Part shown: piece after piece, positions 1 through 8,914 of the stretch
Position numbering within the stretch: position 1 is the first letter of the stretch
Layout of the letters: each line of letters begins with the position of its first letter
Source of the DNA: Candidatus Latescibacterota bacterium
Lineage (GTDB): Bacteria > Latescibacterota > UBA2968 > UBA8231
Assembly: GCA_965248355.1 (NCBI GenBank)
Contig: OZ252098.1
Coordinates: 770,543 to 834,542 of the forward strand
Length of the DNA: 64,000 bases
Reading direction: 5' to 3'
Position numbers and translations under genes: made by a program
The notes under the pieces: model-generated
What the model was told of the DNA's origin: nothing
Seen by the model: only the letters and a program-made list of their open reading frames with translations
Databases searched by the model: none

Positions 1-624
1 TCCCAGGCCGTCGAGCAGGGGTTGGTGTGGCTGACGAGCGGACCGGCCTCGATCCTCGACGAGCCCGTGCCGGCGGGAGTCTTGAGCGGCGCGGGGAAAC
101 TCAGGCCGCCGCCGGAACGGATCGAGGTTGCCGAGTTGGCGGCCGACTCGATCCCCGACGCCTGGAAGGACGGCAAGGCCAACGCCCTCGCCCTTGCCAC
201 CGCCCTCTCTGCCAAACGGGACGTCAGTCTGCCCTGGACAACGGTGCGGTCGGCCATCGGATCGGCCATCCGGGCGCGCTGGATCGCGCTGACCCCGGAC
301 AGCGCGGAATGGCCGTGTGACCTGGCCGGCGCCCAACATGTGATCTTCGAGGTCCCAGCCGGCGAGGCTCGGGACAAGGACGAACCCCTCTACAGGCCTG
401 GAAGCGGGTCCCGAAGCGTGCCCAGCGCCGAAGCGGTCCTGGAAGCCGACCGGATCCAGGACCTGGCCGAGCAACTCCCGGAGCTGCTGAAGGCGGCCGT
501 CGGCAACGATGTCAGGTTCACGGTCCGCATCGAAGTGGGGGGAGAGAGCGCGCCCAGCCCGGAGGCGGTGGCCAAGATCAACGATCTGCTTGCCGAGGTG
601 TCCGAGGAGTTGCGGCTGGAGTAG
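1..624 (+). CDS. hypothetical protein, 5' end truncated by window edge
   Basis: Reading frame is open from base 1 and stops with TAG at 622-624; no family recognised. Confidence 0.4.
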   Translation, partial: SQAVEQGLVWLTSGPASILDEPVPAGVLSGAGKLRPPPERIEVAELAADSIPDAWKDGKANALALATALSAKRDVSLPWTTVRSAIGSAIRARWIALTPDSAEWPCDLAGAQHVIFEVPAGEARDKDEPLYRPGSGSRSVPSAEAVLEADRIQDLAEQLPELLKAAVGNDVRFTVRIEVGGESAPSPEAVAKINDLLAEVSEELRLE

Positions 625-735
625 GCAGCCGGCGCGTCGCCACGCAGCCGGCTCGACCAGTGAGCCAACCGGCGGGTCACGGACGCCGGGATTGCCTCCC
701 TCTCCGGGAGTCCACGCCCCAAGCAAGCCTCCCCC

Positions 736-1593
736 TCAGCCCTTCAGCGCCCCCACAGTGATCCCCTTCGTGAGGTATTGCTGCAGGAAGGCGTAGACCA
801 GCATGGTCGGCGCCATGATCAGCACGAGGCCGGCGAAGGCCATGCCCCAGTCGCTGCGGTACTGGCTGACGATGGTGATGTTGGCCAGGCCCAGGGGCAG
901 GGTGCGCAGCTCCTGCGAGCCCTCTCCCGAGAGGAACATGAAGGCCATGAAGAACTCGTTCCATGTTCCCAGGAAGGAGAAGATACCCACCGTGATCAGG
1001 CCCGGGCGGGCCAGGGGCAGCATGATCGACCAGAAGGCGCGGAACTCGCCGGCGCCGTCCATCAGGGCCGACTCGTGCAGGCTCGAGGGCAGGGACTTGA
1101 AGAAGCCGGTGAGGATGAAGATGGCGAAGGGCATGCCGAAGGCGACGTACACGATGAGCAGGCCCAGGCGCGAGTTGAGCAGGCCGAAGTCCTTCATCTG
1201 GAAGAACAGGGGCACGATGGAGAGCTGCAGCGGGATCATGAGTCCGGCGAGGAAGTAGAAGAACAGGGGGCGCACGCCGGGGAAGGTGAAGCGCGCCAGG
1301 GCGTAGGCGGCCATGGCGGCCAGCAGCATCGACGCGGCCACCGTGGTCACCGTGAGCAGGACGCTGTTGAGGAAGTAGTCGCCGAAGAACCCCTTGGTCC
1401 AGGCGTTGGTGAAGTTGATCCACTGCAGGTCGCCGAGGTCGGGCAGGCTGAAGGGATCGAGGAAGATCTCGCGGTCCGTCTTCAGCGAGGTGTAGAGCAG
1501 CCAGACCATGGGATAGACCACGATCGCCAGGTAGCCGAAGAGGGCGGAGTAGAGGAAGGGCTTGATCAGGGTGTTGGTACGCCGTTCGGCCAC
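736..1593 (-). CDS. ABC transporter permease, CUT1 family (MalG/UgpE-like)
   Basis: 285 aa with 6 predicted TM segments and an EAA-like loop; GTG start sits 2 nt after the upstream stop. Confidence 0.85.
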   Translation of the reverse strand: MAERRTNTLIKPFLYSALFGYLAIVVYPMVWLLYTSLKTDREIFLDPFSLPDLGDLQWINFTNAWTKGFFGDYFLNSVLLTVTTVAASMLLAAMAAYALARFTFPGVRPLFFYFLAGLMIPLQLSIVPLFFQMKDFGLLNSRLGLLIVYVAFGMPFAIFILTGFFKSLPSSLHESALMDGAGEFRAFWSIMLPLARPGLITVGIFSFLGTWNEFFMAFMFLSGEGSQELRTLPLGLANITIVSQYRSDWGMAFAGLVLIMAPTMLVYAFLQQYLTKGITVGALKG

Positions 1594-1595
1594 GG

Positions 1596-3887
1596 TCAGA
1601 ACTCCACGGCTTCGCGCTTCATGGCCCGCAGGGTCGCGGTGGTGCCGAAGAACACGATCAGGAAGAGGACCACGGCGATGGCCGTGGCCTCTCCCACCTT
1701 GAACTCGGTGAACATGGCCTGCACCATCCTCGTGCCGATGACGTGGTTGTCGGTGGTGGGGCGCTGGTTGGTCAGCAGCCAGATCACCTCGAAGGCCTTC
1801 ATGCCGCCGATGATCATGAAGACGATGGAGATCGACAGCACCTCCCAGATCAGGGGGATGGTGATCGACCAGAACTGGCGCCACGCCGAGGCGCCGTCGA
1901 GGTCGGCCGCCTCGTACATGCTCCCGGGGATGCTCTCCATGGCCGCCAGGAAGAGGATCATGTTGAAGCCGGCGGCGGCCCAGATCGACATGGGGATCAG
2001 GGCCCAGTAGAGGTTGTCCTGGGCCAGCCAGGCGAAGCCGGTGAACCCGTCGAAGCCGAGGGCCGTGAGCACCGTGTTCACGGGGCCGCCCTGGGGGTTG
2101 TAGAGGTGCATCCACAACAGCGTGGCGGCCACCCCGCCGAGGATGTTGGGGAAGAAGAAGGCGATGCGGAAGAGCCGGGCGCCCACCACCTCGCGGCTGA
2201 TGCAGACCGCCAGGAACAGGGACAGGGGCAGCACGCAGGCGGGGATGACGAACATGATGAAGAGGTTGTTCGAGAGGGCGACCCAGAACTCGTCGCTCTC
2301 GAAGAGCAGCCGCCGGAAGTGCAGCAGCCCCACGAAGGCCATCTCCGTCAGCCCGTCCCAGCGCATGGTGCTCCAGAGAAAGGACTTGAGGCTGGGGACG
2401 ATGACGAAGAGGGTGTAGAACACGGCCGCGGGTCCCACGAAGAAGGCCACGCCGCGCCAGCCCATGCGCACCGCGCCCTCGGGCCGGGGGGCCTCGCCGG
2501 AGCGCCTCTCCCGCCACTTGCGCACCGTGGTGTAGAGCCAGTAGCCCATGGCCAGCCCCAGCAGCCCTATCAGCAGGGCCGGCTTCCACAGATGCCGCAC
2601 GGTGACGTCGTCGGGTCGCGTGGCGCGGTTGCGCACCGCCACGGCCGCCGATTCCAGCTCCCGCGCCCCCTCCCCGGGGGTGATCTCGCCGTTGACGATC
2701 TTGAAGCGGGTGTCGTTGAGGAACTGGTCCATCTCCGGGAAGCCCTCGCCGGGGGCCGTGCCGTAGGTGGTGGTCGCCCGACGGGCCATCTCCACCAGGT
2801 CCTCCAGATCGGCGGTGGTGCGGCCCTCCATGGCTCCGTCGACGGCCACCAGGATGTCGCGCATCTCGGCGAAGGTGCCGGCCATCTCCCGCGAGGTCAT
2901 GAAGCGCAGGAAGTCGATGCCCAGCTCCGGGCGGGCGCTGTCCCGGAAGACGAAGTAGTAGCCGGCGCCGGTGTACACGGCGTTCGGGTCGCCCACGCCG
3001 TCCTCCACGGCGGGGAAGTTGAAGGCCCCCAGGCGGAAGCCCTCCGGGATCTTGCCGAGCATCTCGCTCTTGAGCCACGAGCCGCAGAACACCATGGCCG
3101 TGTGGCCGAGGAAGAACTCGAGCTGCGCCTCGGTGTGGCTCATGCCGAGGGCGCCGGGCTGGAAGTAGTCCACGGCGGTGCGCTGCACCAGCCCGAGGGC
3201 GGTGACGAACTCGGGGTTGTCGAAGCTGCCCGGCACCAGGTCCTTCTGCTCGTAGTAGCGGTCGCGGCCGGCCAGGTGGTAGTAGGCGTTGTCGGTGACC
3301 CCGCCGATGTAGCCGGGGTACCTCCCCTGGAAGGCGAGGGGCGCGATCCCGGCCTTCTTGATCGTCTCGCAGAGGGCGAAGAACTCGGTCCAGGTGCGCG
3401 GCGGGGTCCAGCCGCGCTCCTCGAACAGGCCCTTGTTGTACCAGATGGCGTAGATCGAATAGAGGAAGGGGATGCCGTAGGTCCTGCCCTCGTGCTGGTA
3501 GCGCTCCAGGCTGCCGGGCAGGAAGGAGTCGCGCCAGCTGCGGTCGCCCTCCCAGCTCGGCCGGTCCAGGTACTCGTCGAGGGGCAGGATCTCGCCGTTG
3601 CGGATCAGGGACCAGTAGTTGAGGCCGGCGTTGCTGACCTCGGGGAAGGTCCCTTCGAGGATGCGCACCCGGATCTTGTCGGCGATGCGGGGGTCGCCGT
3701 AGAGATCGACCTCGATGTCGGGGCGGACCTTCTCGTACTCGCGGGCGGCGTGGAAGAAGAAGCTCAGGCCCTCGCCGCCTTCGAAGACGGGCACCTCGAT
3801 GCGGGTCCGCTCCTCGGCGGCGGCCGGGGCCAGCAGGGCCGCCATGGGCAGCAGCCCCCTCAGCATTTGTCGATAGAGGCCGCCCAT
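1596..3887 (-). CDS. ABC solute-binding protein fused in-frame to MalF/UgpA-type permease
   Basis: Single ORF of about 764 codons with a signal peptide, an SBP family-1-like domain of about 400 aa, an extra TM, a positively charged loop and a 6-TM permease; ATG at 3887 or TTG at 3890. Confidence 0.75.
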   Translation of the reverse strand: MGGLYRQMLRGLLPMAALLAPAAAEERTRIEVPVFEGGEGLSFFFHAAREYEKVRPDIEVDLYGDPRIADKIRVRILEGTFPEVSNAGLNYWSLIRNGEILPLDEYLDRPSWEGDRSWRDSFLPGSLERYQHEGRTYGIPFLYSIYAIWYNKGLFEERGWTPPRTWTEFFALCETIKKAGIAPLAFQGRYPGYIGGVTDNAYYHLAGRDRYYEQKDLVPGSFDNPEFVTALGLVQRTAVDYFQPGALGMSHTEAQLEFFLGHTAMVFCGSWLKSEMLGKIPEGFRLGAFNFPAVEDGVGDPNAVYTGAGYYFVFRDSARPELGIDFLRFMTSREMAGTFAEMRDILVAVDGAMEGRTTADLEDLVEMARRATTTYGTAPGEGFPEMDQFLNDTRFKIVNGEITPGEGARELESAAVAVRNRATRPDDVTVRHLWKPALLIGLLGLAMGYWLYTTVRKWRERRSGEAPRPEGAVRMGWRGVAFFVGPAAVFYTLFVIVPSLKSFLWSTMRWDGLTEMAFVGLLHFRRLLFESDEFWVALSNNLFIMFVIPACVLPLSLFLAVCISREVVGARLFRIAFFFPNILGGVAATLLWMHLYNPQGGPVNTVLTALGFDGFTGFAWLAQDNLYWALIPMSIWAAAGFNMILFLAAMESIPGSMYEAADLDGASAWRQFWSITIPLIWEVLSISIVFMIIGGMKAFEVIWLLTNQRPTTDNHVIGTRMVQAMFTEFKVGEATAIAVVLFLIVFFGTTATLRAMKREAVEF

Positions 3888-3894
3888 CAAGGTC

Positions 3895-4335
3895 TCAGGG
3901 AAGCTCCACGACCACGTACTTCTCCTCCACCGAGACCGGGTAGGTCTCGACCACGTACGGCCCTTTGCGCGGACCGGCCATCTCCTCTCCCGCCACCTCC
4001 TGCCCCGTCACCACCTCCACCTCGTAGCGCCGGGCGCGGGTCCGGCCCGGGTCCCACCAGGACTGTCCGGTCCGCACGTCGAACTCCCAGCCGTGCCAGG
4101 GGCAGCGCAGGATCTCCCCCTGGCGGGTGAGGGTGTAGTCCCCCGGCGCCCGCGACTGCAGGAAGCCGGTGAGCCGTCCCTGGCACAGGGGGCCTCCCTG
4201 ATGGGCGCAGCGGTTGCGCAGCGCGAAGAACTCCCCTTCGAGGTTGAAGACGCCGATGGAGCGGCCCTCGATCTGCACCAGCTTGCGCCCGCCGGGCGGG
4301 ATCTCCGCCACCGTACCCACCACGTGCCGGGCCAC
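3895..4335 (-). CDS. Rieske [2Fe-2S] domain protein
   Basis: CAHQGGPL ... CPWHGWEF matches the CXH...CXXH Rieske motif; 146 aa; GTG start. Confidence 0.8.
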   Translation of the reverse strand: MARHVVGTVAEIPPGGRKLVQIEGRSIGVFNLEGEFFALRNRCAHQGGPLCQGRLTGFLQSRAPGDYTLTRQGEILRCPWHGWEFDVRTGQSWWDPGRTRARRYEVEVVTGQEVAGEEMAGPRKGPYVVETYPVSVEEKYVVVELP

Positions 4336-4347
4336 GCCTTGCGCCTC

Positions 4348-5451
4348 TCAGTCCAGCCCGTAGAGGCGGCGGGCGTTGCCGGAGAGGATGGCCCGGCGCA
4401 ACTCGCGATCCAGGCGCGGCGGCAAAGCCTGCGCCGGGGAGTCGAAGTCCCAGTGGGGGTAGTCGGTGGCGAACATGAGGCGGCCGTCCATGTCCATCCA
4501 CTCCAGCATCTGCTCGAAGTACGCCGGATCGGGGGGCTCCTCCATGGGCTGCGTGGTCAGCCAGAAGTGCTCGCGCACGTACTCCGAAGGCGGCCGGCGC
4601 AGGCGGGGGACCTCGCCGCCCATGCGCTTCCAGCAGTGGTCGAGGCGCCACATGAGGGGCGCCAGCCACGCGAACCCACCCTCGATGAGGACCACCTTCA
4701 GGGTGGGGAAGCGCTCGAAGACGCCCTCGTACACGAAGCTGGCCACCTGGGGCTGGAAGGCCTGGGGCATGCCGCCGTGGTCCTCCACGTAGTGGGAGGG
4801 CCAGCCGGCGCCGGTGATCGGCCCGCCGCCGGCGCCGCCGAAGTGGATGGCCACCGGCAGGTCGTGGCGCGCGGCGGCTTCGTACATCTTCCAGTACTTG
4901 CGGTGGCCCAGGGGCTCGCGGGTGCGCACCAGCACCAGCAGCTGCAAGAAGCCGGGATGGCCGCCCATGCGGTCGACCTCGGCCGCGGCCAGCTCGCCGT
5001 CCTCGTAGGGCACCACGATCGACCCGCGCATCCGCGGCTCGGGCTCGATCCAGTCGGCCAGCTGCCAGTCGTTCACCGCCCGGCAGAGGGCGGCGCTGTA
5101 CTCCAGGTTGACCTGCCCGCCGGCGCCGGTGAGGGGGGTCATGATGCCGTAGTCGATCTCCCACTCGTCCAGCAGCTGCCGGCGCAGGAAGTCCAGGTCC
5201 GACCCCGGGGGCCCGCCGGTGGGCGGCCAGGCGTCGTGGCGCGCCGCGTTCGGCACGATGCGGGGGTACGCCGAGCCGATGTGCCCGCGCAGGCCGATGG
5301 TGCGGTGGTGCTCGCGCCAGGCCGGCGGCAGAAAGCGCTCCATGGTGCGGTCCTCGGGCATGGAGACGTGGATGTCCGCGTCGATCACGGCCAGCTTCTG
5401 CGGCCGTTCCCTGGCCTCGGGGGCCGATTCCACCAGCAGGCTGCCGTCCAT
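4348..5451 (-). CDS. amidohydrolase family 2 (PF04909-like metal-dependent TIM-barrel hydrolase/decarboxylase)
   Basis: IDADIH N-terminal motif and FATDYPHWDF C-terminal motif; AAGGAGG ribosome-binding site precedes the ATG. Confidence 0.8.
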   Translation of the reverse strand: MDGSLLVESAPEARERPQKLAVIDADIHVSMPEDRTMERFLPPAWREHHRTIGLRGHIGSAYPRIVPNAARHDAWPPTGGPPGSDLDFLRRQLLDEWEIDYGIMTPLTGAGGQVNLEYSAALCRAVNDWQLADWIEPEPRMRGSIVVPYEDGELAAAEVDRMGGHPGFLQLLVLVRTREPLGHRKYWKMYEAAARHDLPVAIHFGGAGGGPITGAGWPSHYVEDHGGMPQAFQPQVASFVYEGVFERFPTLKVVLIEGGFAWLAPLMWRLDHCWKRMGGEVPRLRRPPSEYVREHFWLTTQPMEEPPDPAYFEQMLEWMDMDGRLMFATDYPHWDFDSPAQALPPRLDRELRRAILSGNARRLYGLD

Positions 5452-5465
5452 CTCGATTTCCTCCT

Positions 5466-6533
5466 TCACAACCGGTAGAAGGCGCGGGCGTTCTTCGACC
5501 AGATCCTCTCGGTCAGGGCCTCGTCCAGCCTGGCCGGAAAGGCCTCCTCGGGCGAGTCGAACCACCAGTGGGGGTAGTCGGTGGCGAACATGAGCATCTC
5601 CTCCGAGTCCATCTGCCCGATGATCTGCCCCAGAGGCGCCGGATCCTCGGGCGCGTCCCAGGGCTGCACGGTGAGGCGGATGTGCTCGCGCATGTACTCC
5701 GAGGGCCGGCGCCTCACCCACGGCGTATCGCTGCGCAGCCCCTTCCACTCCTTGTCGAGGCGCCACATGAGCGACGGCATCCAGGTGAACCCGCCCTCGA
5801 CGAGGGCCACCCGCAGGTCGGGAAAGCGGTCGAAGGCGCCCTCCATGATCAGGCTGTTCACCTGGGACTGGAAGAGGGCGGCCATGCCCGCGTACTCCTC
5901 GACGAAGGTGGTGGGCCACCCCGAGGGCGTGGAGGGATGCCCGGAGGCGCCGCCGTAGTGGATGGCCACGGCCAGGCCGCGGCGCACCGCCGCCTCGAAG
6001 ATGGGGTCGTAGCGCCGGTTGCCGTAGGGGACCAGGGAGCGCACGGGCAGGATCGCCTGCACGAACCCGGGGTGGCCGCCGACGCGGTCGATCTCGGCGG
6101 CCGCCAGGGGCGGGTTCTGGGACGCCACCACCACCGAGGTCCGCAGCCTCGGCTCCGGCTCCAGCCACTGCTCGATCTGCCAGGTGTTGACGGCCGCGGC
6201 CAGGGCCGCCCCGAGGTCGGCGTTGTGCACCGAGGAGGCCTGGTAGTTGCAGGTCAGGATCCCGTGCTCCAGCTCCCAGGCGTCGAGGACATGCTCCTGC
6301 ACCTGCTGCAGGGTCGACCCCGGCGGCTCGCCGCCCTCGCCCCGGAAGTCGGGCCGCGCCGCCAGCGGCAACCCCGGCGGATAGTCGGAGGCGTCGGGTC
6401 CGCGGAAGGCGGAGTGGGTCGTGTAGTCGACCCAGTGGTCGGGCAGGTGCGCCTGCAGGCTCTCGAGGGAGGGCTCGTTGTGGATGTCGCAGTCGATGAG
6501 CGGGCGGCCGCCTCGGTCCTGCCGGGTCTGCAT
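5466..6533 (-). CDS. amidohydrolase family 2, paralog of the upstream gene
   Basis: IDCDIH and FATDYPHWWFD motifs, collinear with 4348-5451. Confidence 0.8.
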   Translation of the reverse strand: MQTRQDRGGRPLIDCDIHNEPSLESLQAHLPDHWVDYTTHSAFRGPDASDYPPGLPLAARPDFRGEGGEPPGSTLQQVQEHVLDAWELEHGILTCNYQASSVHNADLGAALAAAVNTWQIEQWLEPEPRLRTSVVVASQNPPLAAAEIDRVGGHPGFVQAILPVRSLVPYGNRRYDPIFEAAVRRGLAVAIHYGGASGHPSTPSGWPTTFVEEYAGMAALFQSQVNSLIMEGAFDRFPDLRVALVEGGFTWMPSLMWRLDKEWKGLRSDTPWVRRRPSEYMREHIRLTVQPWDAPEDPAPLGQIIGQMDSEEMLMFATDYPHWWFDSPEEAFPARLDEALTERIWSKNARAFYRL

Positions 6534-6537
6534 GGCC

Positions 6538-7290
6538 TCAGAACCGCTCCAGCAGCAGTCCGGTGATGGCGTTGGGGCGCTGGTAGTAGCGGCGGACGGC
6601 CTCGTCCTCGTTCTCCCAGAGCCGCCGCGGAAAGATCGTGTAGTTGCTGATGGGCGGCGCCGAGCGGCGGCCGCAGTAGATGTGGATGGTGCGCCGTTCG
6701 AGTTCGCTGCGGCGCACGTTGCCGGCGTGGAACATGGCGGCGTTGAAGAGGACCGCCGTGCCCTTCTCTCCCTCGACGTGATGGGCCGTGGCCAGGTCGT
6801 AGCGGTCCAGGGGAGGCAGTTGCTCGCCCCGGGCCGAGCCGGGGATGAGGCTGAAGGTGTGGGTGGTGGCGTCCACGTCGGTGAGGTAGTAGGCGACGGA
6901 GACGTAGTGGGTGGAATAGGGGGGCCGAGTTCCGAGCTGGGGCCAACCGCCGCCGTCGCGGTGCCAGTGGCAGTAGGGCTCGCCATCGTACGGCCGGCGG
7001 ATGCGCACCGAGTGCTCCTCGGCGCACAGCTCGGGGCCGAGGATGGCCTCCAGGAGCGGCAGCAGGGCCGGGGGCCGCATGGTGACGTCCATCTCCTCGT
7101 GGGCCAGGAGCATGTGAACGTTGAGCGTGACGTGGCCCTCCTCGCGCTCGCTCCAGAACGGCGTGCCGGCGGCCAGGTCGCGGTCGATGGCGGCGTTGGC
7201 GGCCTCCACCTGGCCGGCGTCGAGGGCGCCGGGCACCACGAGGTACCCCGTGCGGCGGTAGCGCTCGAGCTGTTCCTCCAGGGTTGTCAT
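6538..7290 (-). CDS. PhyH-family Fe(II)/2-oxoglutarate dioxygenase
   Basis: Double-stranded beta-helix with an HxD...H pattern (WHRD ... MFHAG); 250 aa. Confidence 0.75.
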   Translation of the reverse strand: MTTLEEQLERYRRTGYLVVPGALDAGQVEAANAAIDRDLAAGTPFWSEREEGHVTLNVHMLLAHEEMDVTMRPPALLPLLEAILGPELCAEEHSVRIRRPYDGEPYCHWHRDGGGWPQLGTRPPYSTHYVSVAYYLTDVDATTHTFSLIPGSARGEQLPPLDRYDLATAHHVEGEKGTAVLFNAAMFHAGNVRRSELERRTIHIYCGRRSAPPISNYTIFPRRLWENEDEAVRRYYQRPNAITGLLLERF

Positions 7291-7348
7291 GATCGTCGGG
7301 GACGATAGTCCCGCGGGACCGCCGCCGTCCACGCCGGGGGAGGCCGGC

Positions 7349-8104
7349 TCACGCGGTCCAGGGCTCCGGGTCGGCGAAGAGCCGGCGGGCCTCCGGGCTC
7401 AGCCGGGCGGCCGCTTCCCGGCTCAGGGCGCTGGAGAACACCATGTGCGGGTCGTCGCGCCGGCAGAAGAAGCTGGTGAGGCTGTGGCGCGCCCGGTCGC
7501 TGTCGTTGCGCGTGGTGCCGTGCCACATGTGGCTGTTGATGACGACCACGGTGCCGGCCTCGCCGGTGACCAGCCTCTCCTCCGGGTGGGGCACGGCCGG
7601 GTCCTCCAGGACCTCGGGGGCGCGGCCGCCGAGATGGGTGCCGGGGACCACCCGCGTGGCGCCGTTGGATTCGGTGAAGTCGGAGAGCATCCAGATCGAG
7701 TTGCAGACCGCGTAGCGCCCGGGGCGCGGCGGCGGGCCGTTGTAGTCGACGTGGAACTTCTGGCGCTCGCCGCCGGGGGGATGGGGCCGGCCGTGGACGC
7801 CGAAGGACTTGATCGGCCCGTCGAGGACGTGGCAGACGGCGGCGAGGACCCGGGGGTGGGTGAAGCAGATGTCGAAGCCGGCGGCCTTGTTCTGCATGTA
7901 GCTGGACTCGGCGGGCCCGCCCTCCCGGCCGGTCCCCTCGTCGGCGTAGACCGCCTCCGCCGCGGCGATGAGCCCGGCGACCTGCTGACCGTCCAGGATG
8001 CCGGGCAGCGGCAGGTAGCCATCCTGGTCGAGGTGCGCCTTCTCGTCCGGAGAGAGGGTGCCGGGCCGCACCCCCAGGGCCTCCAGGGCTTCGGGGAGCG
8101 TCAC
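7349..8104 (-). CDS. PhyH-family Fe(II)/2-oxoglutarate dioxygenase
   Basis: HVDY ... NSHMWHGT motifs; GTG start overlaps the stop of the upstream small ORF (GTGA). Confidence 0.75.
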   Translation of the reverse strand: MTLPEALEALGVRPGTLSPDEKAHLDQDGYLPLPGILDGQQVAGLIAAAEAVYADEGTGREGGPAESSYMQNKAAGFDICFTHPRVLAAVCHVLDGPIKSFGVHGRPHPPGGERQKFHVDYNGPPPRPGRYAVCNSIWMLSDFTESNGATRVVPGTHLGGRAPEVLEDPAVPHPEERLVTGEAGTVVVINSHMWHGTTRNDSDRARHSLTSFFCRRDDPHMVFSSALSREAAARLSPEARRLFADPEPWTA

Positions 8105-8256
8105 CGGTGCTCGGTCCCGTCTTCGGTCGGGTCCGCCCTGGCGACCCGGAGCGCTTCCAGAGCCTGAGGCAGGGTCACCTCCGCGGCTTGCCCGCCGCCC
8201 CGGGCTTGATCCGCGGCGTCCAGCCCCAGCCCTTCCAGGCTTTCGCGCTCCGTCAT
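8101..8256 (-). CDS. small ORF (51 aa) translationally coupled between the E2-like gene and the PhyH gene
   Basis: Its ATG overlaps the E2-like gene's TGA (ATGA) and its TGA overlaps the PhyH GTG; its sequence is built from imperfect copies of both neighbours' termini. Confidence 0.3.
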   Translation of the reverse strand: MTERESLEGLGLDAADQARGGGQAAEVTLPQALEALRVARADPTEDGTEHR

Positions 8257-8912
8257 TGCTCAGCCAACCCGCCGCCCTCGGCTTGATCCGCGGCCCCGGC
8301 GCGCACGTCGTCCTCGGTGATGCGGCCGGTCCGGCCGGTTCCGCGGACCCGCCGCCAGTCGATGCCCAGCTGCTGCGCCAGACGGCGGGCCCGGGGGCTG
8401 ATGGCCGGGGCTTCAGGTGTTGGCGGGCTGGTGGCCCCCGGGGACGCGATCCCGAGGGGGGTCGGCGCGGCTCCCGAGGTCGGCGGCGTGCTCGCGTTCG
8501 GTGGCGGCGCCCTTCCGGCCGGGGTCGGCGCGGGTGGGGCGGCTTCCGATGCCGGCGGGCTGGCGGCCCCTGGGGGCACGCCCCCCGAGGACGCCGCCGC
8601 GGCTGGCGCCCCGGCCTCCGACCCTGCCGCCGGCGAAGCGGGAGCCGAAGGGGCCGGCGGTTCCTCCCCCACGGCCAGCAGATACCCGAGCACGGTCCCC
8701 ACGGGCACCGTGGCTCCGGGGGCGGGGGCGTCCTCGGGGATGTGCAGCCGTCCCGTGTCGAAGGACTCGACCTCGTTGAGGGCCTTGTCCGTCTCCACCG
8801 TAAACAGCACTTCGCCCGCCTCCACCGCCTCGCCCGGCTTCTTGAGCCACTCCACGAGGGTGCCCTCCTCCATGGTCCAGCCCAGCCGGGGCATGACGAT
8901 CTCGATGGCCAC
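8253..8912 (-). CDS. 2-oxoacid dehydrogenase E2-like protein with lipoyl and E3-binding domains only, no acyltransferase domain
   Basis: Lipoyl-lysine motif ETDKA, Ala/Pro-rich linker and a peripheral-subunit-binding domain (SPRARRLAQQLGIDWRRVRGTGRTGRITEDDV); the protein ends right after it (219 aa). Confidence 0.8.
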   Translation of the reverse strand: MAIEIVMPRLGWTMEEGTLVEWLKKPGEAVEAGEVLFTVETDKALNEVESFDTGRLHIPEDAPAPGATVPVGTVLGYLLAVGEEPPAPSAPASPAAGSEAGAPAAAASSGGVPPGAASPPASEAAPPAPTPAGRAPPPNASTPPTSGAAPTPLGIASPGATSPPTPEAPAISPRARRLAQQLGIDWRRVRGTGRTGRITEDDVRAGAADQAEGGGLAEQ

Positions 8913-8914
8913 GG

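Noticed and set aside
1743-4130. Very long antisense ORFs throughout the window, including 778-2010+, 1743-4130+ (795 aa), 4093-5478+, 5568-6566+, 8058-8996+, 34306-36555- (749 aa), 34914-37109+ (731 aa), 38712-40769- (685 aa), 45246-48413- (1055 aa), 50059-51798-, 55011-57842- (943 aa) and 55466-57799+ (777 aa).
   Set aside because: They are Arg/Gly/Ala/Pro/His-rich low-complexity translations typical of stop-poor frames in 70% GC DNA. Each lies opposite or out of frame to a gene with clear family motifs, and they lack ribosome-binding sites and sensible domain patterns.
8400-8700. Repetitive GC-rich stretch (GCC/CCG/GGC-rich) that looked like a possible tandem repeat array.
   Set aside because: It is the Ala/Pro-rich flexible linker coding region between the lipoyl and E3-binding domains of the E2-like protein. 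It is not a regular repeat and not CRISPR-like.
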